A DNA stretch of 64,000 nt from Felis catus (taxonomy: Eukaryota), in contig NC_058368.1 in the NCBI RefSeq assembly GCF_018350175.1, positions 33,234,001 to 33,298,000 on the forward strand, written 5' to 3'. The position numbers and the translations under genes are program-made. This document shows positions 51,588 to 63,338 of this stretch, piece by piece; within the stretch, counting starts at the first letter, position 1, and each line of letters begins with the position of its first letter. The notes under the pieces are model-generated. The model did not search any database. It had not been told where the DNA came from and saw nothing but the letters and a program-made list of their open reading frames with translations.

Positions 51588-52321
51588 TTTTATTTTATTT
51601 TATTTTATTTTATTTTTTATTTTTTAATATGAAATTTATTGTCAAATTGGTTTCCATACAACACCCAGGGCTCATCCCAAAAGGTCCCCTCCTAAATACC
51701 CATCACCCCCCCTCCCTACCTCCCCCCATCAACCCTCAGTTTGTTCTCAGTTTTTAAGAGTCTCTTATGGTTTGTCTCTCTCCCTCTCTAACTTTTTTTT
51801 TCCTTCCCCTACCCCATGGTCTTCTGTTAAGTTTCTCAGGATCCACATAAGAGTGGACACATATGGTATCTGTCTTTCTCTGTATGGCTTATTTCACTTA
51901 TCACACTCTCCAGTTCCATCCACATTGCTACAAAAGGCCATATTTCATTGTTTCTCATTGCCACGTAGTACTCCATTGTGTATATAAACCACAATTTCTT
52001 TATCCATTCATCAGTTGATAGATATTTAGGCTCTTTCCATAATTTGGCTATTGTTGAGAGTGCTGCTATAAACATTGGGGTACAAGTGCCCCTATGCATC
52101 AGTACTCCTGTATCCCTTGGGTAAATTCCTAGCAGTGCTACTGCTGGGTCATAGGGTAGGTGTATTTTTAATTTTTTGAGGAACCTCCACACTGTTTTCC
52201 AGAGTGGCTGCACCAGTTTGCATTCCCACCAACAGTGCAAGAGGGTCCCATTTCTCCACATCCTCTCCAGCATCTATAGTCTCCTGATTTGTTCATTTTA
52301 GCCACTCTGACTGGAGTGAGG
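51588..52321 (-). mobile_element. Young 5'-truncated feline L1
   Basis: Perfect 18-bp TSD TTGGACATCTGCATTTTA at 51570-51587 and 52322-52339; (TTTTA)n tail; ORF2 C-terminus [23 protein letters not shown]. Confidence 0.96.
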
Positions 52322-52431
52322 TTGGACATCTGCATTTTAAATAAAAATGCATCCTTGTTATACACACTAACACTGAAAATGCTTTGAGTTGTATTGTCTA
52401 GGATCACAGAATATTTTAATTTGAATTTAAT

Positions 52432-52655
52432 TTTTATTTTGAAAAATTTTTCCTCCAATGTTTATTTTGTGAGAGAGACAGACAGACAGACAGAGTATGA
52501 GCAGGGGAAGAGCAGAGAGAGAGGGAGACACAGAATCTGAAGTAGTCTCCAAGCTGTCAACACAGAGCCCAACACAGGGCGAGAACCCACAAACCGTGAG
52601 ATCATGACCCGAGAAGAATTCGGACACTTAACCGACTGAGCCACCCAGGTGCCTC
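52432..52655 (-). mobile_element. Can-SINE
   Basis: Reverse SINE body; flanks TTAA(T/A)TTGAATTT. Confidence 0.9.
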
Positions 52656-53862
52656 TTAAATTGAATTTTACAGTTTCTTAATATAAACCTTCTTTATACT
52701 TCCTTGTTGTGCTTTCTTTTATGGTCAGTTTATCAAATGTTTATTTAGAAATTAAAATCTTTCTTTGAGTAAACTCATTTTTAAAAAAAAGCCTACTTTT
52801 AGAATGTGGATAGAAGCCATGTGGTATTGATCCTATGTACCTGCCAGCAGCCTCCCCTAACTCACTTTGTGTGACCCTCGATTGTCTCACAGAACTGTTT
52901 GAAAACTATCCCTTTCAGCATATTAGCCAGCTAAAATTCCTTCAGTGTATATGCAATTAATACAAATATGTGATAAGGAAAAGGTAGGTAGGTGTAAGAC
53001 AAGCCCTCTGATACTGCTTGTGCTGCAATAAAGTATTAAAATGCCTAGATATCCTGCTTTTGAAAGAGTGTCAAAGGTCAAAAAGTACCCATGGGGGGTG
53101 CGGAATTCTTTCCTTTGCTAGCAGTTTTTCTTCTTTGTTCTCGGACAATGTATCATGTCTGAAATTTCAACAGACTCAACTATTATATAATAATAATTGC
53201 TATTGTTAAGTTTATTACAAATGTTTAATCTGAAAAGTATATTAATTTTGCTTCCCTAGAATAGCACAATCTGGTGATATTATTCATTTATTCACACTCA
53301 ATTACAAGTAACTTGATTTACCTGCAGAAAAATAGGCTTCTAGGGTGAAATTAAAGTATAAAAATCAGCTAAGTATGTAATTCCAAAAATTAATTGCACA
53401 TCTTTCTGTGATATTACCATTGTTTAGCGACTGAACTATCATTATTGAATCGTTTCCATTTGCAAAAAGAATCTCTCAATCCTTTTGGCTACTCCCTAAG
53501 GAGAGCTGAGGTACCAGCAGCACTTTGATATATTTGCTCAGAAACTTTTTCAGACAAGTGCACTTCTTCATAGGATCTAAGTGAAGTTCCAGTCCTCTAT
53601 GAGAAATATTTGTCCTTGTGATCAGATGTGTTACTTCTTGAGAAAGTAAGGATGTAGATTTTTTTTTTCTATATCTACCCTACAAGTGTGTCAATTGGGT
53701 TTAGAAGCACTCTAGTCTGATTACTTGCTTATCCTACTGAAATTTCTGGAAACCGAGGTTATAATCATCATAGTTAAAAACTTCAACATTACTGAACAAA
53801 AAATTAATAATTATTGTTAGTCGTTAATATTTTTGCAAGCAAATTAGAATCTGGGTTTATAA

Positions 53863-53887
53863 GTGTATATATATACACACATATATA

Positions 53888-53968
<81 letters not shown>
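53863..53968. repeat. (TA)n(TG)n compound microsatellite
   Basis: Direct reading. Confidence 0.97.
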
Positions 53969-53970
<2 letters not shown>

Positions 53971-54004
53971 ATATAGTTATTTAAGTTACCAACAATTTTC
54001 TTAC

Positions 54005-54203
54005 TTTTTAAGTTTATTTATTTATTGAGAGAGAGATTGTGAGGGCGGAGGAGCAGAGAGAGGGAGAGAGAGAGAATCCCAAGCAAGTTCTGCACTGTTA
54101 GCATGTAGCCCAATGCAGGGCTCAAACTTACAAGCTGTGATATCATGACTTGAGCTGAAATTAAGAGTCAGATACTCAACTGACTGAACCACCCAGGAGC
54201 CTC
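54005..54203 (-). mobile_element. Older Can-SINE
   Basis: Reverse SINE body ending ACCCAGGAGCCTC. Confidence 0.88.
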
Positions 54204-54661
54204 AATTTCATTTTCTAATATGTAAGTGGCTACATGTTTTCAGATTTGATTTTTCATAAAGAAAAGCAAAGATGTAAAACTTAAATAGACCAGGCTCAAA
54301 TGTACATTCTCTGAACAAGTAATTACTATAGGATCCAACATTCTTAAAAGGCAGAAGTATTGCTTAATAACCACAAGTATACCTTATCTGATAACAGAAA
54401 TTAAAAATGAATTATATACTCAGTAAGAAACTAGAAGACAGGATATGCGTGTGCTACTCATACTAAAATGGACTGAAATTATGCTTACAATAGGCACCCA
54501 AAGAAAAAAGCATGAGATTTCTGTCTACCACTCTAATTCGGAAAAATGCAGATGCTGTGATTAACAGCTGCCTATAATCTGCCCAAAGAAGAATGCTTAA
54601 GGAAACATGATTCACAGAACAATAGAGCGGACTTTTTGTAATGCTTGTGATGGTCAAGTAT

Positions 54662-54663
<2 letters not shown>

Positions 54664-54751
<88 letters not shown>

Positions 54752-54755
54752 CATG

Positions 54756-54791
<36 letters not shown>

Positions 54792-54825
54792 CACACATAC
54801 ATATATATACATATATATGTATATG
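54664..54825. repeat. (TG)n(TA)n(CA) compound microsatellite
   Basis: Direct reading; explains the low-complexity ORFs at 54572-54893. Confidence 0.97.
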
Positions 54826-55285
54826 CATAATATGTCAACTATATGTGTGTCAACTATACTAGAAAAAAAAGAATTAGAACTATAAAATAACACTGGGTCT
54901 TTAATTTATGGCAGCTTTCAGCATTTTAAATAAGTATCTTTTTTTCTTTCTTTTTTTTTTTGTAAATCTAAGCAGGACAGTCCTTTTCCAGCTGATGTGC
55001 TAGGGACCCAGCTATAACTTTCATTCCCCAAAAGTGATTGATTATAAGGCCTCCTGGAATGGGTAAAGGAACTAATCCTTCCATTTCTGTTGTTTGATCA
55101 TTTCAGCCCATTTTAATCTCTTGAAAGGAGCTAAAAACCAAGTTTTATGTGATAGTTTAAGTTGTAATTACAGGTACGGGAAGGAGAGAACTTAGAATTT
55201 GATCACCACCATAAAAAGCAGTAGAGTATCTCTACAGTTGAGTGACAGAAAGAAAGCCACATTTTAATACAAAAGCAGAACAAGT

Positions 55286-58200
55286 TGATTAATTTGCAGA
55301 TATTGAACCAGCCGTGCATCCCAGGAAAAAAATCCCACTTGGTTATAGTGAATTATTATTTTAATACATTTATCACTGGATCAGATTTGGTAGTATCTTG
55401 TTGAGTATTTTTACATCTACATTCATCAGGGAAAATGGTCTGTAGTTCTCCTTTTTAGTGGGGGTCTTTGTTTGGTTGGAATCAAGGTAATGCTGGCCTC
55501 CTAGAATGAGTTTGGAAGTTTTCCTTCCATTTCTATTTTTTTGGGGACAGCTTACAAAGAATAGGTGTTAACTCTTCTTTAGATGTTTGGTAGAATTCCC
55601 CTGGAAGCCATCCAGCCCTGGATTCTTGTTTATTGGGAGATTTTTGATTACTGATTCAATTTCTTTACTGGTTATGGGCCTGTTCAAATTTTCTATTTCT
55701 TCCTCTTTCAGTTTTGGTAGTTTATGTTTCTAGGAGTTTGTCCATTTCTTCCAGATTGCCCAATTTGTCGGCATGCAATTGTTCATAATATTCTCTTATT
55801 ATTGTTTGTATTTTTGAGGTGTTTGTTGTGATCTCTCCTCTTTCATTCACGATTTTATTTATTTGGGTCTTTTTTTTTTTTTTTTGTCAGTCTGGCTAGG
55901 GGCTTATCAATTTGTTAATTCTTCCAAAGAACTAGCTCCTGGTTTCATTGATCTGTTTTACTGTTGTTTTTCTTCTGCTGGCTTTGCATTTTATTTGCTG
56001 TTGTTTTTCCAGCTCTTTAGGTCTAAGTTTAGGTTGTGTATTTGAGACCTTTCTTCCTTCTTTAGCAAGGCCTGAATTGCTATATGCTTCCCTCTTATGA
56101 CTGCCTTTTGCTGCATCCCAGAGGCTTTGGGCTGTGGCGTTATCATTTTCATTGGCTTACATGTACTTTTTTAATTTTCCTCTTTAATTTCTTGGCTAGC
56201 CCATTCATTCTTTAGTAGGTCAGCACATGAGCCTCTCAATAGATGCTGAAAAAGCATTTGACAAAATACAGCATTCTTTATTGATAAAAACCCTCAAGAA
56301 AGTAGGGATAGAAAGATCATACCTCAAGATCATAAAGGTCATATTGGAAAGACCCACAGCTAATATCATTCCAAAAGGGGGAAAATTGAGAGCTTTCCCC
56401 CTAAGGTCAGGAACGCAACAAGGATGTCCACTCTCACCACTGTCATTTAACATAGTATTAGAAGTCCTAGCCTCAGCAATCAGACAACACAAAGGAATAA
56501 AAGGCATCCAAATCGGCAAGGAGGAAGTCAAACTTTTACTGTTCATAGATGACATACTTTATGTGGAAAACCCAAAAGATGCCGCCAAAAAACTGCTAGA
56601 ACTGACACACGGATTCAGCAAAGTCATAGGATATAAAATCAATGTACAGAAATTGGCTGCATTACTATATGCCAATAATGAAGCGGCAGAAAGAGAAATC
56701 AAGAAATTGATCCCATTTATCATTGCAACAAAAAAAAACCCATAAAAATACCTAGGAATAAACTTAACGAAAGAGGTGAAAAATCTTTACACTGAAAACT
56801 ATAGAAAGCTTATGAAAGAAATTGAAGAAGACACATAAAAACTTTAAAAAGAAACAATATTCCATCTCATGGATAGGAAGAACAAATATTGTTAAAATGT
56901 CGATACTATCCAAAGCAATCTACATGTTCAGTGGAATCCCTTTCAGAGTAATACCAGCATTCTTCACAGAACTAGAACAAACAATACTAAAATTTGTATG
57001 GAACCAGAAAAGAACCTGAATAGCCAAAGCAATTCTGAAAAGGAAAACCAAAGCTGTAGGCATCACAATTCCAGACTTCAAGCTGTATTACAAAGCTGTT
57101 ATCATCAAGACCATATGGTACGGGTACAAAAACAGACACATAGATCAGTGGAACAGAACAGAGAACCCAGAAATGGACCCACAAACATAGGGCCAACTAA
57201 TCTTCGACAAAGCAAGGAAAAATATCCAACGGGGAAAAATAAAACAGTCTCTTCAGCAAGTGGTGTGGGGAAAAATTGGACAGAGACATGCAGAAGAATG
57301 AACCTGGACCAATTTCTTACACCATACACAAAAATTAAAAAAAAAAAACAAAAACAAAAACAAAAACAAAAAACGGATGAAAGACCTAAATGTAACACAG
57401 GAAGCCATCAGAATCCTAGAGGAGAAAACAGGCAATGACCTCTTTGACCTCAGCCACAGCAAATCCTTACTTGACATGTCTCCAGAGGCAAGGGAATAAA
57501 AGCAAAATGAACTGTTGGGATCTCATCAAGATAGAAAGCTCCTGCACAGCAAAGGAAACTATCAACAAAACTAAAAGCCAACCGAGAGAATGGGAGAAGA
57601 TATTTGCAAATGACATACCAGATGAAGGGTTAATATCCAAAATCTATAAAGAAATCATCAAACTCAACACCCAAAAAACAAATAATGCACTGAAGAAATG
57701 GGCAAAAGAATGAATAGACACTTTTCCAAAGACATCCAGATGGCGAACAGACACATGAAAAAACACTCAATATCACTCATCATCAGAGAAATGGAAATCA
57801 AAACTACCTCACACTTGTCAGAATGGCGAAAATGAACAACTCAGGCAACAACAGATGTTAGCGAGAATGTGGAGAAAAGGGAACTGTCTTGCACTGTAGG
57901 TGGGAATGCCAACTATTACAACCACTCTGGGAAACAGTATGGAGATTGCTTAAAAAAATTAAAACTAGAACTATCCTACGACCCAGCAATTGCACTACTA
58001 GGTGCAATTTATCCAAAGGATATAGGAGTCTGATTCAAAGGGGCACATGCACCACAATTTTTAAAGCAGCACTATCAACAATTGCCAAAGTTTGGACAAA
58101 GCCCAAATGTCCATCAACTGATGAATGGATAAAAAAGATGTGGTACATTTATACAATGTAATATTACTTGGCGATCAAAAAGAATGAAATCTTGCCATTT

Positions 58201-58602
58201 ACAACAATGTGGATAGAACTACAGTGTATTATACTAAGCATAATAAGTCAGAGAAAGAGAAATATCATGATTTCACTCATATATAGAACTTGAGATAAAA
58301 AACAAGTGATCATAAGGGAAGGGAAGGGATAATAATATAAAAGCTAAGAGGGAGACAAACCAGAAGAGACTCATATACAGAGAACAAACTGAAGGTTGCT
58401 GGGAGGGTATTGGGTTAGGGGAAGGGCTAAAGCAGTGAGGGGTATTAAGGAGGACACTTGCTGGGATGAGCACTGGGTGTTATATGTAAATGATGAGTCA
58501 CTAAATTCTATTCCTGAAATTATTATTGCACTATGTTAACTAACTTGGATTTAAATTAAAAAAAAATAAAATAAACACAAAACAAGCAAGCAAACAAACA
58601 AA
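55286..58602 (+). mobile_element. Carnivore L1, ~3.3 kb, with 5' inversion (55286-~56220 inverted); decayed ORF2 RT domain
   Basis: 17-bp TSD ACAAAAGCAGAACAAGT at 55269-55285 and 58603-58619; ORF 56227-56745 has [13 protein letters not shown] and [10 protein letters not shown]; catalytic motif altered to FIDD; frameshifts. Confidence 0.95.
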
Positions 58603-59669
58603 ACAAAAGCAGAACAAGTCATCTGAGCAACCGCACCAGACAAAATGAATTTAGGCATTAGAATAACACAATGCTAAATATTAAAATTTTCAGTTATATT
58701 CACAAAAGATGATTTTATCATTGTGAGTTGAAAACAAAAGTTATTCTAACTTGATCAACTAGTCATAAAAATATCTCTTAGGTGATAGTCTGATATATTG
58801 AAGTCAATTCTCTTAATAAATAAAACATAGAAAATGGTGGAAAAGGATGTGTTAATACAGAACACATATCTGTAAAGGAACACTAGATTAGACTTAAATT
58901 TTCCAGATGTTTGAATATTTCATATTTTAAGGCTAACTTATGTTTAAAAACTTTTCAGAAAATGAAGCTAAAGTGGATGATTTCCTTTTTATATACACAG
59001 TATTTAATATTCAGGAAATTTCTTTCATATTACATAATATAGCATATTTTAAGTAGTTATATGTTGAAGGCAGAATGTATTTAGTATTTTAGTATGCTGT
59101 GTGTTTTTTTCTAAAAGAGGAATAAGGAGCACATTTATGTTCCTTAATGAATATTTTTGTTTTGTTTTAAGACAGCTCTGATGAATTGCTTGTATTTGTT
59201 CCATTTCCATCTGGGCAATGAAGTTCACCATCTTCACTTTATCAATTTGAATTAATTTCATTCCAGTTAAAAGTAAACTAATGTTAAAACAAAACAAAAC
59301 AAAATCCAACTTAATCTTTTATTTCAAAGCATTCTGCATGATTTAACACTACGTAAAATATGTTTTAAAGAGTAAAATCTTTCTGCTCCTCTCACTCTAA
59401 CTAGCTATTCTGAATCACTACAGAATGTCAAATCTACTGACAATGAGAAGAAGTAAACATTGAAATTGAAGACATTTCATTGTTTTCTGCTTGTCTGTTC
59501 GTTATTGTCTGTATTACTTAATTACAGAAAAATCAGACTGTTAACCAAAAGTCAGTACACTAAACTCAAGTATCAGGTTCAGTTCTGGTTAGATCCAAGA
59601 TTCCCTTCTGTGATGATTACATTCAGGCATTCATATTCCATAGATGTGTTTTTCTTTTCTTTTTTTCTT

Positions 59670-60880
59670 TTACTTTTTATTTTTTACAAAAGATTAAATT
59701 CTAGAAGTTACAAATATAAAATGGAAGTTTCAATGTACCATTCCCCAAGGATTATATTTTATGTAACTAGAATCTAATATTAAAACCAGGAAATTAAAAA
59801 CTTAATAATTAAATAAAAATAAGCAAAACCAGGAAATTGACAGTGGTAAATGTGTGTGTAGTCCCATGCAGTTCATCCCGGGTATAGTTTCTTGTAAGCA
59901 CTACGACAGGCAAGGTGCGTAACTATTCGATCACACAAAGATCTCTCTTGCTACCACTTTATGAACTTCCCCTGCACTATCCCTCACCCCTGTTAACCAC
60001 TTATTTATTTCCCACTGTTGTAACTGTGTCATTTTTAGAATGTTATATAAATGAAATCATATAGTATAAGACCTCTCTACAGAGGCTTTTTGCAGTGAAC
60101 ATAATACCCTTGAGATCAATCCAAGATGCTATATGTAATAATAGTTCACAGCTATTTTTTCTGAGTATCTCATGAAATGGCTATCCTACCACAGATTGGA
60201 TAACCGTTTACCTATTGAAGGACATTCAGTTTGTTCCTGTGTTTGACTATTGAACACGAATAAGCCTGCTATAAAAACTAGTATACAGGATTTGGTTGGA
60301 TGTAAGTTTCATCTCTCCAAAATAAATGCCCAGCAGTGTGATTATTGAATTTTATGTGTTTGCTTTCCTGACTGCCAAACTTGTTTTTTTCAGAGTTCTG
60401 TCCCAACATACAGACAGACCCACTAGCAGTGTATGAGAGATCCCTTTCTCCGTATTATTTTATAATTGTCACTTTTTTTTTTTTTTGGCTGTTCTGATAG
60501 GCTGTTCTGATAGCTGATAGCTTATGGTGGTATTTCCCTAAAGGCTACTGATATTCAACATCTTTTCTTGTGTCTTTCTATATATCCTTTTGGGTGAATC
60601 AATACAATGTCTCTCCTTTTAGAAATTTACTAATTGAATTTTTTTAATTGTTGACTTTTGAGAATTCTTTACATTTTTATACATTAGTCCTTGAATCCAT
60701 GGAACAGATCCCAGTGGTCTGGCATGCAATTTTTATATATTTCTAAAATCTATTTGCTAATAATTTAGGATTTTATGTCTATATTCTTGAGGGATATCGC
60801 TCTGTAGGTTTTTGTGATTTTTGTTGGTTTTTGTCTGGCTTTAGTATGAAGGTAATAATAATAGCTTCATAAAATCATTT
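59670..60880 (-). mobile_element. Old L1 (L1MC/MD-like) 3' region
   Basis: AAAACCAGGAAATTGACA, AGAATGTTATATAAATGAAATCATATAGTAT, CCTATTGAAGGACATT. Confidence 0.7.
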
Positions 60881-61002
60881 CAAGTAAATATCAGAAATTA
60901 AATTTTTTAATGGAGTAGTTTACCAAGTGACCCAAAATTTCCAAATATCATTCTCTTTTTTTATTTCTGTGACTTTGTGTACACTAAATGTTTTTTGAGA
61001 CT

Positions 61003-61223
61003 TTATTTTTTTAATGTTTATTTATTTATTCTTGAGAGAGTGAGAGAGCATAAGTGGGAAAGGGGCAGAGAGAAAGAGAGAGAGGGAGATACAGCATCTG
61101 AAGCAGATTCCAGGCTCTGAGTCGTCAACACAGAGCTCATTGTGGAGCTTGAACCCACGAACTGCGAGATCATAACCAAAGCTGAAGTCAGACACTTAAC
61201 CAACTGAGCCACCCAGATGCCCC
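61003..61223 (-). mobile_element. Can-SINE
   Basis: Reverse SINE body ending CCCAGATGCCCC. Confidence 0.92.
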
Positions 61224-61677
61224 TAAGTCTTTATATTTTTTACTTCAATTTGAAGTTCAGAGAAAATAATCAAAGGCACAATACAGATACTTCTTCTATA
61301 TCTCTAGCCCCTACCCATGCATGTATAGACATACCCATTATCAACATTCCCCGGCAGAATGATCCATATGTTACAGAGGGTGAACTTAAACTGACACATC
61401 ATAATCAGCCAAAGTCCATGATTTACATTATAGTCCACTTTTGGTGTTGAATATTCTATACGTTTGGACAAATGTTTAATGACACGTATCCAACTTTACG
61501 GTATTGTGGAGTATTTTCGCCGCCCTAAAATTTCCTGAGTCCTTTTCCTATTTGTCCCACCTCCACCAATTCCTGGAACCCACTGATCTTTTTACCCTTT
61601 CCATAGCTTTGCCTATTCCAGAATGTCACATGTTTGTAATCATACAGTATATAGTCTTTTTAGATTACCTTCTTTCA

Positions 61678-61902
61678 GGGGTGCCTGGGTGGTTCAGTCC
61701 ATTAAGCATCCAACTTCAGCTCATGTCATGATCTCATGATTCATGAGTTCACGCCTTGCATCTGCCTCTGTGCTGATAGCTCAGAGCTTGGGGCCTGTTT
61801 CGGATTCTGTGTCCCCTTCTCTCTCTGCCCATCTCCCACTCGCACCCTGTGTCTCTGTCTCTCAAAAATAAATAAACGTTGAAAATAAATTAAATATAAA
61901 GA
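61678..61902 (+). mobile_element. Can-SINE in L1
   Basis: Imperfect TSD AGATT(A/G)CCTT(C/T)TTTCA. Confidence 0.92.
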
Positions 61903-62207
61903 AGATTGCCTTTTTTCACTTAGTTAAATGCATTTAAGATTTCTCTATCCTTATGTTTTCATGGTTTGATAGCTTATTTCCTTTTAGCAATGAATAATAT
62001 TCCATTCTCTGGATATACCATAGATTATTTATCCATTTACTTACTGAAAGATATCTTGGTTCCTTCCAAACTTTGGTAATTATGAATGAAACTACCACAA
62101 ACATCTGTGTGCAGGATTCTGTGTGGACATTCATTTTCAGGTCTTTGGGTGAATACCAAGGAGTGTGATTGCTGGATCAGATGGTAAGAGTATATTTCCT
62201 TTTATAA

Positions 62208-62229
62208 GAAACTGTCTATCTTAAAACAA

Positions 62230-62284
<55 letters not shown>

Positions 62285-62314
62285 CTGTCTATCTTTAAAA
62301 AAGAGAAAGAGGAA

Positions 62315-62362
<48 letters not shown>

Positions 62363-62484
62363 AGCTATGTAAAAAAGAAAGAGAAAAAGAAAGAAAGAAA
62401 AAGACAGGAAGGAAGGAAGGAAGGAAGGAAGGAAGGAAGGAAGGAAGGAAGGAAGCTGTCTATCTTAACAAAAAGAGAAAGAAA

Positions 62485-62528
<44 letters not shown>

Positions 62529-62633
62529 AAAAGAAAAGAAAGAAAAACTGTCTATGGAAGGAAAGAAAAAATAAAGAGAAAGACAGAAAGGAAGAAAAAA
62601 GAAAGCTGTATATCTTTAAAAACGAGAAAGAAA

Positions 62634-62685
<52 letters not shown>

Positions 62686-62698
62686 AACTTACTATCTT
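62208..62698. repeat. Compound array: GAA(A/G)CTGTCTATCTT heads separated by (GA)n, (GAAA)n and (GGAA)n tracts
   Basis: Heads near 62208, 62281, 62361, 62452, 62543, 62602 and 62684. Confidence 0.9.
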
Positions 62699-63100
62699 CC
62701 AATGTGAGTGTACCATGTTGCATTCCCACCAACAATGAATGAGAGTTCCTCTTGCTTCTACTTATTCTCATCACCATTTGGTACTATAAGTTTTCTAGAT
62801 TTTGGCCATTCTAATAAGTATGTAGTGGTATCTTACTGTTTAAATTTGCATTTCCCTGATGACATGTGATGTGGAAAATCTTTTAGGTGCCATATGTGTG
62901 TCTTCTTTAGTGAGGTATCTGCTGACTTTTCTAGCCCAATTTTAATTGGGTTATTTGTTTTCTTATTGGTAATTTCTAAGATTTCTTTGTATATTTTGGA
63001 TGACAGTCCTTTATAAGATGTGACTTGAAAGTTTTTTTTATCCCAGGTTGTGACTGGTCTTCTCATTTTGACATTGTCTTTAATAGAGCAGAAGTTTTTA

Positions 63101-63338
63101 GGGGCGCCTGGGTGGGCAGTCGGTTAAGCGTCCGACTTCAGCCAGGTCACGATCTCGCGGTCAGGGAGTTCGAGCCCCACGTCAGGCTCTGGGCTGATGG
63201 CTCGGAGCCTGGAGCCTGTTTCGGATTCTGTGTCTCCCTCTCTCTCTGCCCCTCCCCCATTCATGCTCTGTCTCTCTGTCCCAAAAATAAATAAACGTTG
63301 GAAATCCCTCTCGTTTCCACACACGTTTGAAAAAAAAA
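63101..63338 (+). mobile_element. Young feline Can-SINE with extra sequence in the tail
   Basis: TSD AATAG(A/T)GCAGAAGTTTTTA at 63082-63100 and 63339-63357. Confidence 0.95.

Noticed and set aside
54572..54893. Overlapping Y/I/H/T/C/V-rich ORFs
   Set aside because: Translations of the (TG)n(TA)n microsatellite
56227..56745. Functional reverse transcriptase gene
   Set aside because: Fragment of a truncated, inverted L1 ORF2 with frameshifts and an altered catalytic motif
62208..62698. CRISPR array
   Set aside because: Eukaryotic context, no cas genes, degenerate repeats and microsatellite spacers; the head motif derives from the host L1
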